Below are positions 37,394 through 48,792 of a stretch of 64,000 nt of DNA, one piece after another. This DNA is from Patescibacteria group bacterium (GTDB lineage: Bacteria > Patescibacteriota > WWE3 > UBA101185 > UBA10185). Location: the NCBI GenBank assembly GCA_049322215.1, contig JBMORU010000001.1:969759-1033758 (forward strand), read 5' to 3'. The notes below the pieces were generated by a model, which was given only the letters and a program-made list of their open reading frames with translations, was not told the origin of the DNA and did not search any database. A program made the translations under genes and the position numbers. Positions within the stretch are counted from its first letter, which is position 1, and each line of letters opens with the position of its first letter.

Positions 37394-38596
37394 CTATAAA
37401 CTACTTGTGATTTGGTAAATAGGCGTAATAATCGAAACAATCAAAAGACCTACCATACCACCAAGCATTAAAAGAATTATTGGTTCCAATGCAGAAGACA
37501 ATCCTTGTACAGCATGATCAGTTTCTCCACCAAAAAAATCTGCAACCTTATCTAGTACTTCATCTAGTTGACCTGTTTCTTCACCAACTGCCGCCATTTG
37601 ACCAAGGAGGGGAGGAAAAATTTTATTAGCTCTAAGGTACTCTGACAAAGCATTACCTTTTTCTACACTGTTGGCAGCTTCTATGGCAGCTCTTTTAATG
37701 GCACTGTTTTTTGCAGCACGCGCTACTATGTGTAAAGCTTCAACAATAGGAATTGCAGAAGCAACTAACAAGGATAACGTACGCGTAAATTCTGATAATT
37801 CTTTTTGTTTGTTTATTTTACCAAACACAGGGAGTGTAAAGGACAGTTTAGATAATAATTCTTTACCGCCCTCAGTTGCAACAAAAGTTTTTATTGCAAA
37901 TATTAAACCGGCAACTGCGACCAAAACTATATAATAGCGTTGTACAAACAAATCAGACACAGTGATCATAAATTTTGTAATAGGAGGTAAGTCTACATTT
38001 AAGCTCTCATACATGTCAGCTAGCTTTGGTATAACAAAAACCATCATTAAAACAAAAACACCTATCATAACCACAAATACTATCGCCGGATACACCATGG
38101 CTGCTTTAAATTTAGACCTAAGCTCCCGCTGTTTTTCCATAGTGTCGGCTAAACGTAAAAGTACTTCGTCTAACTTACCCGATGCCTCACCTGCCATAAC
38201 TAAAGACTGATATGTTTGGGGGAAAACCTTAGGATATCTTCCTAAAGCCGTTGACAACGAAGAACCGCCCTCAATGTCTCGAAGAGAATCCATAATTATT
38301 TTTTTCATTTTAGGATTAGGTGATTGCTCAGATAAAACTTCTAAGGCTCGTGAAATAGGCAAACCTGCCGAAATCATAGTAGAAAGCTGACGTGTGAAAG
38401 CAACTATATCATTATCAGGAACTCCGCGAATACTAGTTAATTGATCTAATATTGAGGTTCTTTTTTCTGTTAATGTTACAACAAATAAACCCTGATCTTT
38501 TAACAAGCTGACTGCCAATGCTTCAGTTCTAGCGTCAACTGTACCAGTACGAGACTGCCCTTTATTGTCACGTGCAGTATAAGTATAAATAGGCAT
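37394..38596 (-). CDS. pilC: type IV pilus inner-membrane platform protein PilC (GspF family)
   Basis: Two GspF repeats and 3 TM segments; 400 aa. Confidence 0.8.
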   Translation of the reverse strand: MPIYTYTARDNKGQSRTGTVDARTEALAVSLLKDQGLFVVTLTEKRTSILDQLTSIRGVPDNDIVAFTRQLSTMISAGLPISRALEVLSEQSPNPKMKKIIMDSLRDIEGGSSLSTALGRYPKVFPQTYQSLVMAGEASGKLDEVLLRLADTMEKQRELRSKFKAAMVYPAIVFVVMIGVFVLMMVFVIPKLADMYESLNVDLPPITKFMITVSDLFVQRYYIVLVAVAGLIFAIKTFVATEGGKELLSKLSFTLPVFGKINKQKELSEFTRTLSLLVASAIPIVEALHIVARAAKNSAIKRAAIEAANSVEKGNALSEYLRANKIFPPLLGQMAAVGEETGQLDEVLDKVADFFGGETDHAVQGLSSALEPIILLMLGGMVGLLIVSIITPIYQITSSL

Positions 38597-39669
38597 TATT
38601 TATCCTTATCTTCCTTTAAAATTCTTCGCAGCTCATCAGGCTCGTTTGTAACTTTTAGAGCCTCACCTAAATCTATATGACCGTCGGTAACCAACTGGGC
38701 TAAATTCTTTTCAAGTGTTTGCATACCCATACTTCCACTTGTACGAATTACATTATTAAGTTGAAATGTTTTTCCTTCTCTAATTAAATTGCTTACAGCA
38801 TTAGTGGCAGTCATCAATTCAATTGCAGGAACCATTCCATAAGTTGGGGAGGGAACTAAGCGTTGTGAAATAACAGCCTCTAAGCTTTGAGACAATTGAA
38901 GCTGAATTTGTTTTTGTTGATTCTCAGGAAATGAGTCAATAATACGGTCAATACTTTGAGCAGCTGAATTTGTATGTAAAGTAGCAAATACCAAATGACC
39001 TGTTTCTGCAATTGTTACAGCAGCAGCTATTGTTTCATAGTCACGCATTTCTCCAATTAAAACTACGTTAGGATCTTGTCTTAAAACTGATTTCAACGCA
39101 ACACCCCAAGAATGGGTGTCTAAGTGCATTTCTCTTTGTTCTATCAACGATTGTTTGTTGGTAAAAACATACTCAATTGGATCTTCTATAGTAATTACGT
39201 GCTCTGCGCGTGTTTCATTAATTCGCTCTAACATTGCTGCTATTGTTGTAGATTTTCCATGCCCAGTTGGGCCTGTAACTAATACAAATCCCTGAGTTAG
39301 GGCACATAAGTCTCCTAAAACTGCAGGCAAGTTTAGTTCCTCCAAAGTAGGCACCTGTAAAGGCACCACGCGCATAGCAACTGATGCATAACCTTTTTGA
39401 AAAAACACGTTGACTCTAAAACGTACTTTATTGCCTAGTGAAACCGAAAAATCGACTTCTTTATTTACATCAAAAATATCTTTTTGCTCTTGGGTCATAA
39501 TTTGAGTCAAAACATACTCAATGTCGTCTACTACAAGTGGGGGATAATCGTCTAAACGTTTTAAAAATGTGTTTACTCTTACCATTGGAGAAATTCCCAC
39601 CGACAAATGTAAATCCGTCGCCTCAATTTCAACAATATGCTCAAGTAGTTTAGTGATATTAAATTTCAT
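38596..39669 (-). CDS. pilT: twitching-motility retraction ATPase PilT
   Basis: GPTGHGKSTT Walker A; 357 aa with no N-terminal GSPII_E_N domain. Confidence 0.8.
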   Translation of the reverse strand: MKFNITKLLEHIVEIEATDLHLSVGISPMVRVNTFLKRLDDYPPLVVDDIEYVLTQIMTQEQKDIFDVNKEVDFSVSLGNKVRFRVNVFFQKGYASVAMRVVPLQVPTLEELNLPAVLGDLCALTQGFVLVTGPTGHGKSTTIAAMLERINETRAEHVITIEDPIEYVFTNKQSLIEQREMHLDTHSWGVALKSVLRQDPNVVLIGEMRDYETIAAAVTIAETGHLVFATLHTNSAAQSIDRIIDSFPENQQKQIQLQLSQSLEAVISQRLVPSPTYGMVPAIELMTATNAVSNLIREGKTFQLNNVIRTSGSMGMQTLEKNLAQLVTDGHIDLGEALKVTNEPDELRRILKEDKDK

Positions 39670-39671
39670 AA

Positions 39672-41441
39672 TTACTCCTTTGCAACTCTCAAAACTTCTT
39701 CAATTGTGGTTGAACCCTCTAATACCTTCAAAAACCCATCTTGTACAAGTGTTATCATTCCTTCTGCTACAGCCATATCTTGTATTTTATCGGCAGTTGA
39801 ATTTTCTAAAGTTAACTCTGCAATTTTATTACTCATTTCTAGCACCTCAAATATACCCATTCGTCCTTTGTAGCCTGTTTTATTGCATTTGTCACAACCT
39901 TTACCACGATATAATTTTATTTTGTCTTCATGCAAAAGCTTTAATGTATCGGCAATACGCTTATCTTTACTCATTAATACTGTAGACTTTTCAATTTTGC
40001 TTAAATGCTCACGCATTTCTTTGGTTATTTCTTGCGGAGGTTCATAAGATTCTTTACAGTCAACACATATTTTTCTTACTAGTCGTTGTGCCACAATAAC
40101 ATTTACTGTAGATGCCAACAAAAAGTTTTCTACACCCATGTCCAACATACGAGGCAACGCACCAGAGGATGAGTTTGTATGTAAAGTTGAAAGTACCAAG
40201 TGCCCCGTTAGCGCAGCATGAATACCTAATTCTGCTGTTTCGCCGTCACGAATTTCTCCCACCATGATAATGTTAGGGTCTTGTCTTAAAAAAGCACGCA
40301 AGCCTGTTGCAAATGTTAACCCTGCCTGCGGATTAACTTGAACCTGATTAACTCCTGCTACTCTGATTTCTACGGGATCTTCTAAAGTAACAATATTTAC
40401 TCTTATGGTATTTAGCTTATTTAAGGCCGATGCCAAGGTTACGGTTTTACCCGAACCTGTAGGGCCCGTTACTAAAATCATGCCTGTAGGTTTTAATAAG
40501 CTTTCTTCAAAACGTTTTAACGATAAGCCTCGTAACCCCAAATCGTCAAAAGTAAAAATAAACCCTTCTTCTTTCAATAAACGTATAACTACTTTTTCGC
40601 CATAAATGGTGGGTAAAGTAGATACACGCAAGTCAGTTTGAGTATTACCCACCTGAACTTTAAAACGACCATCCAACGGAATACGCTTTTCATCAATTTT
40701 CATATTTCCTAAAATTTTTATACGTGCCACTATTGAATCGTGCATTTCTTTAGGGAAAGTACGCTTTTCTTCAAGTACGCCGTCTACACGATAACGTAAT
40801 CTTGTTTTGTCTTCACCAGGTTCTATATGAACATCAGACGCCGAAATTTTTACAGCCGTCTCTAAAATCATTCCAACAATACGTGCAATAGGAGCATCTC
40901 TAATTGTGGCCTCATCTGCTTCTAAGTCACCCTGATAATCCTCTAACTTAAGAGTGGTAGCCTGTATATCTTCTAAGGCAGCGCTAATTTCCTCGCCTAT
41001 AGCGCGCCCTTGCTGCTCATCGACTATACGAAGTATTTCTTTATCGGTAGCAATAAAAGGAATAACTTTATGCCCAGTACGACGTTCCAAAAATTCAATA
41101 GTCTGCAAGTCCAAAGGATCCACCATTGCTACTTTTAAGTTATTGTCTTGTAGTTCAAAAGGAAATACCTGATATTTTCGGGCAACTGTTGTAGGTATTA
41201 TCTCGGCATAGTTAGGATCGATTTTTATGTTTGATAAATCTACATATTCGATGCCATAAACCTCACCAAATGCTTTTACAAAATCCTCACTGCTAACGTA
41301 ACCACGCTCTTTAATTATTTCTTCTATGCTTTTGCCTGTATTAACGTTTTCAAATTTAATTGCAGAAAGCTGGTCATCATTAATGATGCCTTTTTCATGC
41401 AAAACGTCTTCTATTCCTTTTTGTGGATTCAAAAATGACAT
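39672..41441 (-). CDS. pilB: type IV pilus extension ATPase PilB/GspE (start revised to the ATG at 41441: MSFLNPQKGIEDV...)
   Basis: GPTGSGKTVTL, and a tetracysteine C-terminus CVDCKESY...CDKCNKTGYKGR. The listed start at 41513 is TTG. Confidence 0.8.
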   Translation of the reverse strand: MSFLNPQKGIEDVLHEKGIINDDQLSAIKFENVNTGKSIEEIIKERGYVSSEDFVKAFGEVYGIEYVDLSNIKIDPNYAEIIPTTVARKYQVFPFELQDNNLKVAMVDPLDLQTIEFLERRTGHKVIPFIATDKEILRIVDEQQGRAIGEEISAALEDIQATTLKLEDYQGDLEADEATIRDAPIARIVGMILETAVKISASDVHIEPGEDKTRLRYRVDGVLEEKRTFPKEMHDSIVARIKILGNMKIDEKRIPLDGRFKVQVGNTQTDLRVSTLPTIYGEKVVIRLLKEEGFIFTFDDLGLRGLSLKRFEESLLKPTGMILVTGPTGSGKTVTLASALNKLNTIRVNIVTLEDPVEIRVAGVNQVQVNPQAGLTFATGLRAFLRQDPNIIMVGEIRDGETAELGIHAALTGHLVLSTLHTNSSSGALPRMLDMGVENFLLASTVNVIVAQRLVRKICVDCKESYEPPQEITKEMREHLSKIEKSTVLMSKDKRIADTLKLLHEDKIKLYRGKGCDKCNKTGYKGRMGIFEVLEMSNKIAELTLENSTADKIQDMAVAEGMITLVQDGFLKVLEGSTTIEEVLRVAKE

Positions 41442-41483
41442 AGGCAGGTTTTTTCTACTCTTTACAAGAGTCTTCCTACAAAA

Positions 41484-41513
41484 ATGATAACAGTTTGGTC
41501 TGTGATTTTGCAA
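41484..41513 (-). promoter_or_regulatory. putative sigma-70-type promoter of the pilus super-operon (-35 TTGCAA, 18-nt spacer, TGtTATCAT extended -10), divergent from the holB-like gene
   Basis: Read on the minus strand in the 100-bp pilB/holB divergent region. Confidence 0.3.
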
Positions 41514-41541
41514 TAGAGCTCAATAATAATATAATCTTACA

Positions 41542-42207
41542 ATGCACGGATCTATTATGATTTTTGGCGGCAGCAGTGAAAAAAGACATCAATACGCTGA
41601 AAATTTATTAACTCAATTAAATTTAAAACTAAACGAAAACGAGGCAGATTTATTTGTTATTGATAAAACTGATGATAAAAAGAGTATAGGCATAGATTTT
41701 GCTAGAAGTGCAAAAAAGTTTATTAGCGAAAGGCCTTTAAAAGGCTCTACTAAGGCAATTGTAATAAAAAATGCGCATTTGTTAACAATACAAGCACAAA
41801 ATGCTTTACTTAAAACAATAGAAGAACCTCCCGCCTATGCAACCATATTGATTTTGGTTAAAAACGAAGACGCCTTACTTGAAACAATTGCTTCCCGCTG
41901 TAAAAGAATAAGCGTAGGCAAAGAAGATTTCATGCAAATAAATACTGCTGAAAGTGAAAAGTTTGACATAGTGAATTTACTAAACACTTCACCAGGTGAA
42001 AGAATTAGTTGGGTAGAAACATTTTCAAAACAAAATAAAGACGAAATAGTGCAAGAATTGGAAAACTGGATATTAACATTAAGAAAAACCCCCACTGTAA
42101 GAAACGCTAATAACATAAAAACCATCCAAAAGGTAAAAGCCGACTTAGAAAACATAAATATGAATACCAGACTTGCGCTTGAAATGCTAATGATAAACAT
42201 TGAGTGA
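41542..42207 (+). CDS. holB: DNA polymerase III delta-prime-like clamp-loader subunit
   Basis: QNALLKTIEEPP motif with a degenerate P-loop. Confidence 0.55.
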   Translation: MHGSIMIFGGSSEKRHQYAENLLTQLNLKLNENEADLFVIDKTDDKKSIGIDFARSAKKFISERPLKGSTKAIVIKNAHLLTIQAQNALLKTIEEPPAYATILILVKNEDALLETIASRCKRISVGKEDFMQINTAESEKFDIVNLLNTSPGERISWVETFSKQNKDEIVQELENWILTLRKTPTVRNANNIKTIQKVKADLENINMNTRLALEMLMINIE

Positions 42208-42304
42208 ATCTTCATTCTCGGTTAAAATAACTCAGCATACTAAAAGAGAATTTGTCTTAATGATAAGTTATGATAAAGTAAGCACTGTAAATTACTATTT
42301 TTAA

Positions 42305-44275
<1,971 letters not shown>

Positions 44276-44296
44276 TTGTACCTATACAATTAATAC

Positions 44297-44860
44297 ATGA
44301 GTGAAGGAATACCTCCATACGCTAATGAAATACATTCACTAATAGAACAACTTTCGGAAGAAGCCAAAAGACAAGAAATTTTAGATTTAGAGCCAAAAGA
44401 AGGAAAAAACAAGGTCAAAGCTTTAGTTTTTTGCGATGCTGGAAAAAACAGAAGCTTGATGATAGCAGATCAACTAAAAAAACGAGGATACGAAGCCAAT
44501 AACTACGGAACAGGTAACTCAAATCCTTTTGAACCCTCCGCTATAGAAAATTCCGGTTTTCAAGTAATTGTTTTTGCAGATGAAACCGTAGAAGAAAACT
44601 TTTATAAAATACTGGAGGCTACAGGACATACCGAATCACCTTTATTAAAATTACCAACTAGAACATTAGACATTAAAGAAAGTAATGGAATAAGAGGGTA
44701 TAGAAACTCAACAAATCCATTCAACAAGCAAAAAGAGGTTGAAAAGGTAGTAGGGGAAACTAATCAAAAGCTTGAAAATTTAGGCTTTGTAAATAAAAAT
44801 GCCGAAAAAATAGAATCATTAGTAAATGAGATGGAACTGGAGGAAAGAGAATATGCCTAA
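44297..44860 (+). CDS. low-molecular-weight phosphotyrosine-phosphatase-like protein (divergent)
   Basis: LVFCDAGKNRS contains a CX5R(S) P-loop, as in VCLGNICRS; about 45-aa N-terminal extension. Confidence 0.35.
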   Translation: MSEGIPPYANEIHSLIEQLSEEAKRQEILDLEPKEGKNKVKALVFCDAGKNRSLMIADQLKKRGYEANNYGTGNSNPFEPSAIENSGFQVIVFADETVEENFYKILEATGHTESPLLKLPTRTLDIKESNGIRGYRNSTNPFNKQKEVEKVVGETNQKLENLGFVNKNAEKIESLVNEMELEEREYA

Positions 44861-45371
44861 AAAACTTCGCAAAAGGTTGTACGTAGAAAAAGGTTTTACT
44901 TTACTAGAGCTTTTAATTGTAATCACGGTTATAAGTATATTAGCCTCACTTTTAGTTGTTGTACTCAATGCAGGAGAATATCTTGGAGCATCAAGAGATT
45001 CGCACAGAGTTACAGACTTAAATAAAGTGCAGTTGGCTATTACAAATGCTTTAACTGACAATGCAATAGAATTAACCGACACAACAGGATGTACAACATG
45101 TAACAGCCTAACCGGAACCACGGCTATAGATGGTACAGGTTGGGTACAATTTAACAATACAAGTGGCAATGGCTTATCAGGATTGTTATTTGTACTACCA
45201 GTTGACCCTACAAATGAAGGAAATCATGTATACAGATATTATTCAAATGGAACAGATTTTGAAATAAACGTTAACTTTGAATCTGAAAAATTCACAAATG
45301 AAAACGCAGTTTCAGATGGAGGAAACAATGATTCGGTATATGAAAAAGGCTGGGATTTAACAATTAACTAA
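44853..45371 (+). CDS. orphan type IV pilin (start revised to the second ATG: MPKKLRKRLYVEKGFTLLELLIVITVISIL)
   Basis: RBS GGAGG. Homologous to the pilin at 36868 (TTGCTTCNS...GTTAIDGTGWV...VDPTNEG...GTDFEINVNFE...DGGNNDSVYEKGWDLTIN). Confidence 0.65.
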   Translation: MPKKLRKRLYVEKGFTLLELLIVITVISILASLLVVVLNAGEYLGASRDSHRVTDLNKVQLAITNALTDNAIELTDTTGCTTCNSLTGTTAIDGTGWVQFNNTSGNGLSGLLFVLPVDPTNEGNHVYRYYSNGTDFEINVNFESEKFTNENAVSDGGNNDSVYEKGWDLTIN

Positions 45372-45376
45372 AAAAA

Positions 45377-45401
45377 TATCCCTACCTTTCGGTAGGGATA
45401 T
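45377..45401. terminator. bidirectional intrinsic terminator (ATATCCCTACC tttc GGTAGGGATAT) flanked by an A-run on one side and a T-rich tract on the other
   Basis: Perfect 11-bp stem between the convergent pilin and LPXTG genes. Confidence 0.65.
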
Positions 45402-45426
45402 TAAAAAGTCTACAAGTAAACTTTTT

Positions 45427-46683
45427 TTACTGTCTTTTCTTTAAGGCAAAACCGCTAGTTATAGATGTTAAGCCTAGCAAGGTTAACACTACAGTTGAAG
45501 TAGCACCTGTTCTAGGTAATTCTTCTATACTTAGCACTTCACCATTTTCGTAACATACCGTTGCGGTATCTGAAGCTTCTTCATTATCATCATATTTAGC
45601 TACAGCTTCATTAACTACACACTTACTAAAGTCAGTTCTGTCGTATTCTTCAGAGTTAACTTTAACAGTAATGTAAAAGGTTCTTTCTTCACCAGGTTTA
45701 AAGTTATCCCAATCTTCGGTTAAGTCACCTGAAAGCTTAGCTAACTCATCTGGTAAAAAATCGTGCATACGCATATTATCGAATTCTACATCGTCAACAT
45801 CACCTGAATCAGTGTTGTTTTTAACTACGATTCTAAACTCAACTTCATCATCTTCAGTAACACCGGTTACTTTATCTTTCCATGATTTGTCACCTTTAAT
45901 GCGAACTTTCTTCTCTATATCAAAGGATTTATTAACGATACAGTCACCACCACCATAAGAACATACAGGTTCTTCGGGTTCCTCTGGCTGTTCACACTCA
46001 GAAGCATTGTATGAAACAGTATGCTTTTCAGTGTCACCAGAGTTTACCTTAACTCTAAGTTCTACTTCACCTGAATCAATAGAAGTCAAATTTGTATCTA
46101 ACTTCCATGTTTCGGAATCTCCAGAATTCAAAGTACGTGTGTCACCAGTAATACCTGTTTGTTTGTCTTTAGGTGTAATTTCTACAACATAATTTGAATC
46201 ACTGTTATCATTATTTTTAACTTGAACGTTAATTACTACACTTTCTTCTTCGCATGCAACCTCAGCAGAATAGGTTATAGAACCTTCAGGCTCTTCTTCA
46301 CCTTTACAGTTTATAGCTTCATAAGATACTTTTCTTTTATCAGTACCCTTGTTGCCATTTGTCCAAGTTAAGTAAAATTCAACTTCACCGGCAGATACAC
46401 TATTTAAGCCTGTATCAATTTCCCAAATAGCTTCTTCACCGGGATTTACAGTTTTAGTATCTCCTGACACGCCAGACTGCAAATCTGTAGGTGTAACATC
46501 CATAGCAGCTTGAGAGTTCTTTTCAGTATTTTTAAAAGTCGCTTTAATGACTACAGAATTATCTGTACAAACAGCTTCAGCTTCTTGAGATGTTTTCCAT
46601 GCGTTAGTGCTATAAACAGGCATAAAGGCAACTGTAACGGCAACTAAAAGCATTGTCTTTGAAATATTTCTTTTAATATTCAT
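45427..46683 (-). CDS. LPXTG (LPRTG) sortase-anchored surface protein (start revised to the ATG at 46683: MNIKRNISKTMLLVAVTVAFMPV...)
   Basis: C-terminus LPRTGATSTVVLTLLGLTSITSGFALKKRQ is a sorting signal. The C-terminal roughly 190 aa are paralogous to the gene at 46846. The CTATAGGGTATAAT promoter is at about 46753-46766 (minus strand). Confidence 0.65.
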   Translation of the reverse strand: MNIKRNISKTMLLVAVTVAFMPVYSTNAWKTSQEAEAVCTDNSVVIKATFKNTEKNSQAAMDVTPTDLQSGVSGDTKTVNPGEEAIWEIDTGLNSVSAGEVEFYLTWTNGNKGTDKRKVSYEAINCKGEEEPEGSITYSAEVACEEESVVINVQVKNNDNSDSNYVVEITPKDKQTGITGDTRTLNSGDSETWKLDTNLTSIDSGEVELRVKVNSGDTEKHTVSYNASECEQPEEPEEPVCSYGGGDCIVNKSFDIEKKVRIKGDKSWKDKVTGVTEDDEVEFRIVVKNNTDSGDVDDVEFDNMRMHDFLPDELAKLSGDLTEDWDNFKPGEERTFYITVKVNSEEYDRTDFSKCVVNEAVAKYDDNEEASDTATVCYENGEVLSIEELPRTGATSTVVLTLLGLTSITSGFALKKRQ

Positions 46684-46792
46684 GGGGCAAGCCTCCAAAT
46701 TAATAAATACAAGTACAAAATAAGGATCCGAAGATCCTAAATATTCATTTATTATACCCTATAGTCACTACAGTGTCAAACTAGGACAAAAA

Positions 46793-46819
46793 GAGAAGGG
46801 CTCCGTAAGGAGCCCTTCT
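46793..46819 (-). terminator. intrinsic terminator (GAGAAGGGCTCC gtaa GGAGCCCTTCT + T-rich tract on the minus strand)
   Basis: Perfect stem 27 nt after the stop of the 46846 gene. Confidence 0.65.
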
Positions 46820-46845
46820 AAACATTAACTGTAACGTAGCTGACT

Positions 46846-47970
46846 TTACTTTCTTCTTTTCAAGGCATAACCACTAGTTATAGAGGTTAATCCCAGTAAG
46901 GTTAGTACTAATGTTGAAGCCGCACCTGTTTCAGGTAGTTCCTCAATGCCTAGTACATCTTCGGTGTCAGAATAACAAACGGTAGCCGTGTCAGAACCTT
47001 CTTCGGTTCCGTCATAAATCACTGTAGCCTCATTAACTACACACTTGTCAAAGTCAGATCTATCGTACTCATCAGGATCAACTCTTACTCTGATGATGAA
47101 AGTTCTTTCTTCACCAGGTTTAAAAGCATCCCAATCTTCAGTTAAGTCACCAGAAAGCTTAATTAGCTCATCTGGCAATATATCGTGCATTCTCATGTTA
47201 TCGAATGCAACACCATCAACATCGTTAGCGTCAGTTTTGTTTTTTACAACAACCCTAAACTCTACGACATCATCAAATTCAACATCAGTTACTTTATCTT
47301 TCCATTTTTTGTCACCCTCTATACGAACCTTTTTCTCTATATCAAATGACTTGTTAATGATACAGTTTTCACCACCTCCGTAGCCTCCACCGTAACCACC
47401 GTAGATACTACATGGGGTTTCTTCTGGATCATCTTCAGGTTCTGGCTCAGGTTCGTTAGCAGGACAGCTTATTTCATGATGTTGCGCAATACTGTCAGCA
47501 GCATAAAGCTTTAACTCTCCAGCTTTGGGCAAGGTGAATGAAGATTCAACCACCATACCTTGAGGGGACTCGTAAACAACTTCTCCATTAAGGTAAAACT
47601 TGTTTACACGTTCATCAACATCGTCGTCAATAAACACATAGCTGAATTCACATCCAGCAGGTAACTCCCCGAAATTCACCCATTCATGGAAGATTTTTGT
47701 GTAGGCTTCGGAGCTAGTCCAAACTCGTTCCTTACGTGTAGAAGTGTAAGTATCACTATCTACAGTATCAAAACGAAACGGATTAGTTCTTTTAACTACA
47801 AATACTTCATTAGAATCCTTTGTATAACTTGCACTACCTTCGCCCAAATACTGAGTTTCTGGTAAAGCAAAAGCCTCATTAAGAGGCATTATCCCAAGGG
47901 CTAAGATTGTCATAGCAACAACCTTAAGTGATTTATCAGAGAGCCTTGAAATGAATTTTATTAAGTTCAT
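46846..47970 (-). CDS. LPXTG (LPETG) sortase-anchored surface protein
   Basis: LPETGAASTLVLTLLGLTSITSGYALKRRK; GY/GG-rich segment; RBS AGGAAGGAG; a TATAAT next to CTATAGG lies upstream. Confidence 0.65.
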   Translation of the reverse strand: MNLIKFISRLSDKSLKVVAMTILALGIMPLNEAFALPETQYLGEGSASYTKDSNEVFVVKRTNPFRFDTVDSDTYTSTRKERVWTSSEAYTKIFHEWVNFGELPAGCEFSYVFIDDDVDERVNKFYLNGEVVYESPQGMVVESSFTLPKAGELKLYAADSIAQHHEISCPANEPEPEPEDDPEETPCSIYGGYGGGYGGGENCIINKSFDIEKKVRIEGDKKWKDKVTDVEFDDVVEFRVVVKNKTDANDVDGVAFDNMRMHDILPDELIKLSGDLTEDWDAFKPGEERTFIIRVRVDPDEYDRSDFDKCVVNEATVIYDGTEEGSDTATVCYSDTEDVLGIEELPETGAASTLVLTLLGLTSITSGYALKRRK

Positions 47971-48113
47971 TTAAGAACTCCTTCCTAGGTTTAAATTGTT
48001 AACCTATAGTAATTATAGGGGGAAAAGCAAAGTATGTCAAACGCTGAAACTAAACGCTTTGGGAGGGTTTATTAGTTGCTAAATATTAATAATAAATGTG
48101 ATAAACTACGATC

Positions 48114-48659
48114 ATGAAAAAGACAAACTCACACTTTCACACAATTCCGCAGGATAAAGCTCCTGAGGTCTTAAATTTAATTGTAGAAATTAAAAAAGGG
48201 GATATAAACAAATACGAATATAACCATGAGCTCGGAATCATAGAGCTAGATAGAGTGCTTTATGGACCAGTTCATTTTCCCGTTAATTATTGCGATGTAC
48301 CAAGAACATGGAATGAAGACGACGGCGATCCATTGGACGCTGTAGTTTTCACAAGTGGAAATTTAGTACCTGGGTGTATGGTAAAGGGTAGAGTAATTGG
48401 AGTTATGGAAATGGATGATAACGGCGAAAAAGATAACAAAATAATATGTGTGGCTAAAAAAGATCCCAGATTTAATCAAGTTAAACATGTAGATGACTTA
48501 AGAGAATACGAAAAGAAAGATTTAAAAACTTTCTTTGAAACATACAAGTATGCGCAAACGGGTCCAGGGACAGTAACAATCGGCGAATTTTTGGGACCTG
48601 AAGCAGCGTACAAGCTAATTAAAGACGCAATGGAAGCCTACGATAGACTTTTTGAATGA
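48114..48659 (+). CDS. ppa: inorganic pyrophosphatase (family I)
   Basis: DGDPLD and VIGVMEMDD motifs. Confidence 0.85.
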   Translation: MKKTNSHFHTIPQDKAPEVLNLIVEIKKGDINKYEYNHELGIIELDRVLYGPVHFPVNYCDVPRTWNEDDGDPLDAVVFTSGNLVPGCMVKGRVIGVMEMDDNGEKDNKIICVAKKDPRFNQVKHVDDLREYEKKDLKTFFETYKYAQTGPGTVTIGEFLGPEAAYKLIKDAMEAYDRLFE

Positions 48660-48688
48660 AAATAGCTGTATTAATTACTAGACTAGGA

Positions 48689-48717
48689 AAAACCGCGGTG
48701 GAAGCTGCGGTTTTTTT
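48689..48717 (+). terminator. intrinsic terminator (AAACCGC ... GCGGTTT + T7)
   Basis: Follows ppa. Confidence 0.55.
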
Positions 48718-48792
48718 ACAAAAAAGTCTAAAGTTTTTACACAAACACAACAATGTAAAAACCTTAGACCTGTAAACTACGCCGAATTACGG

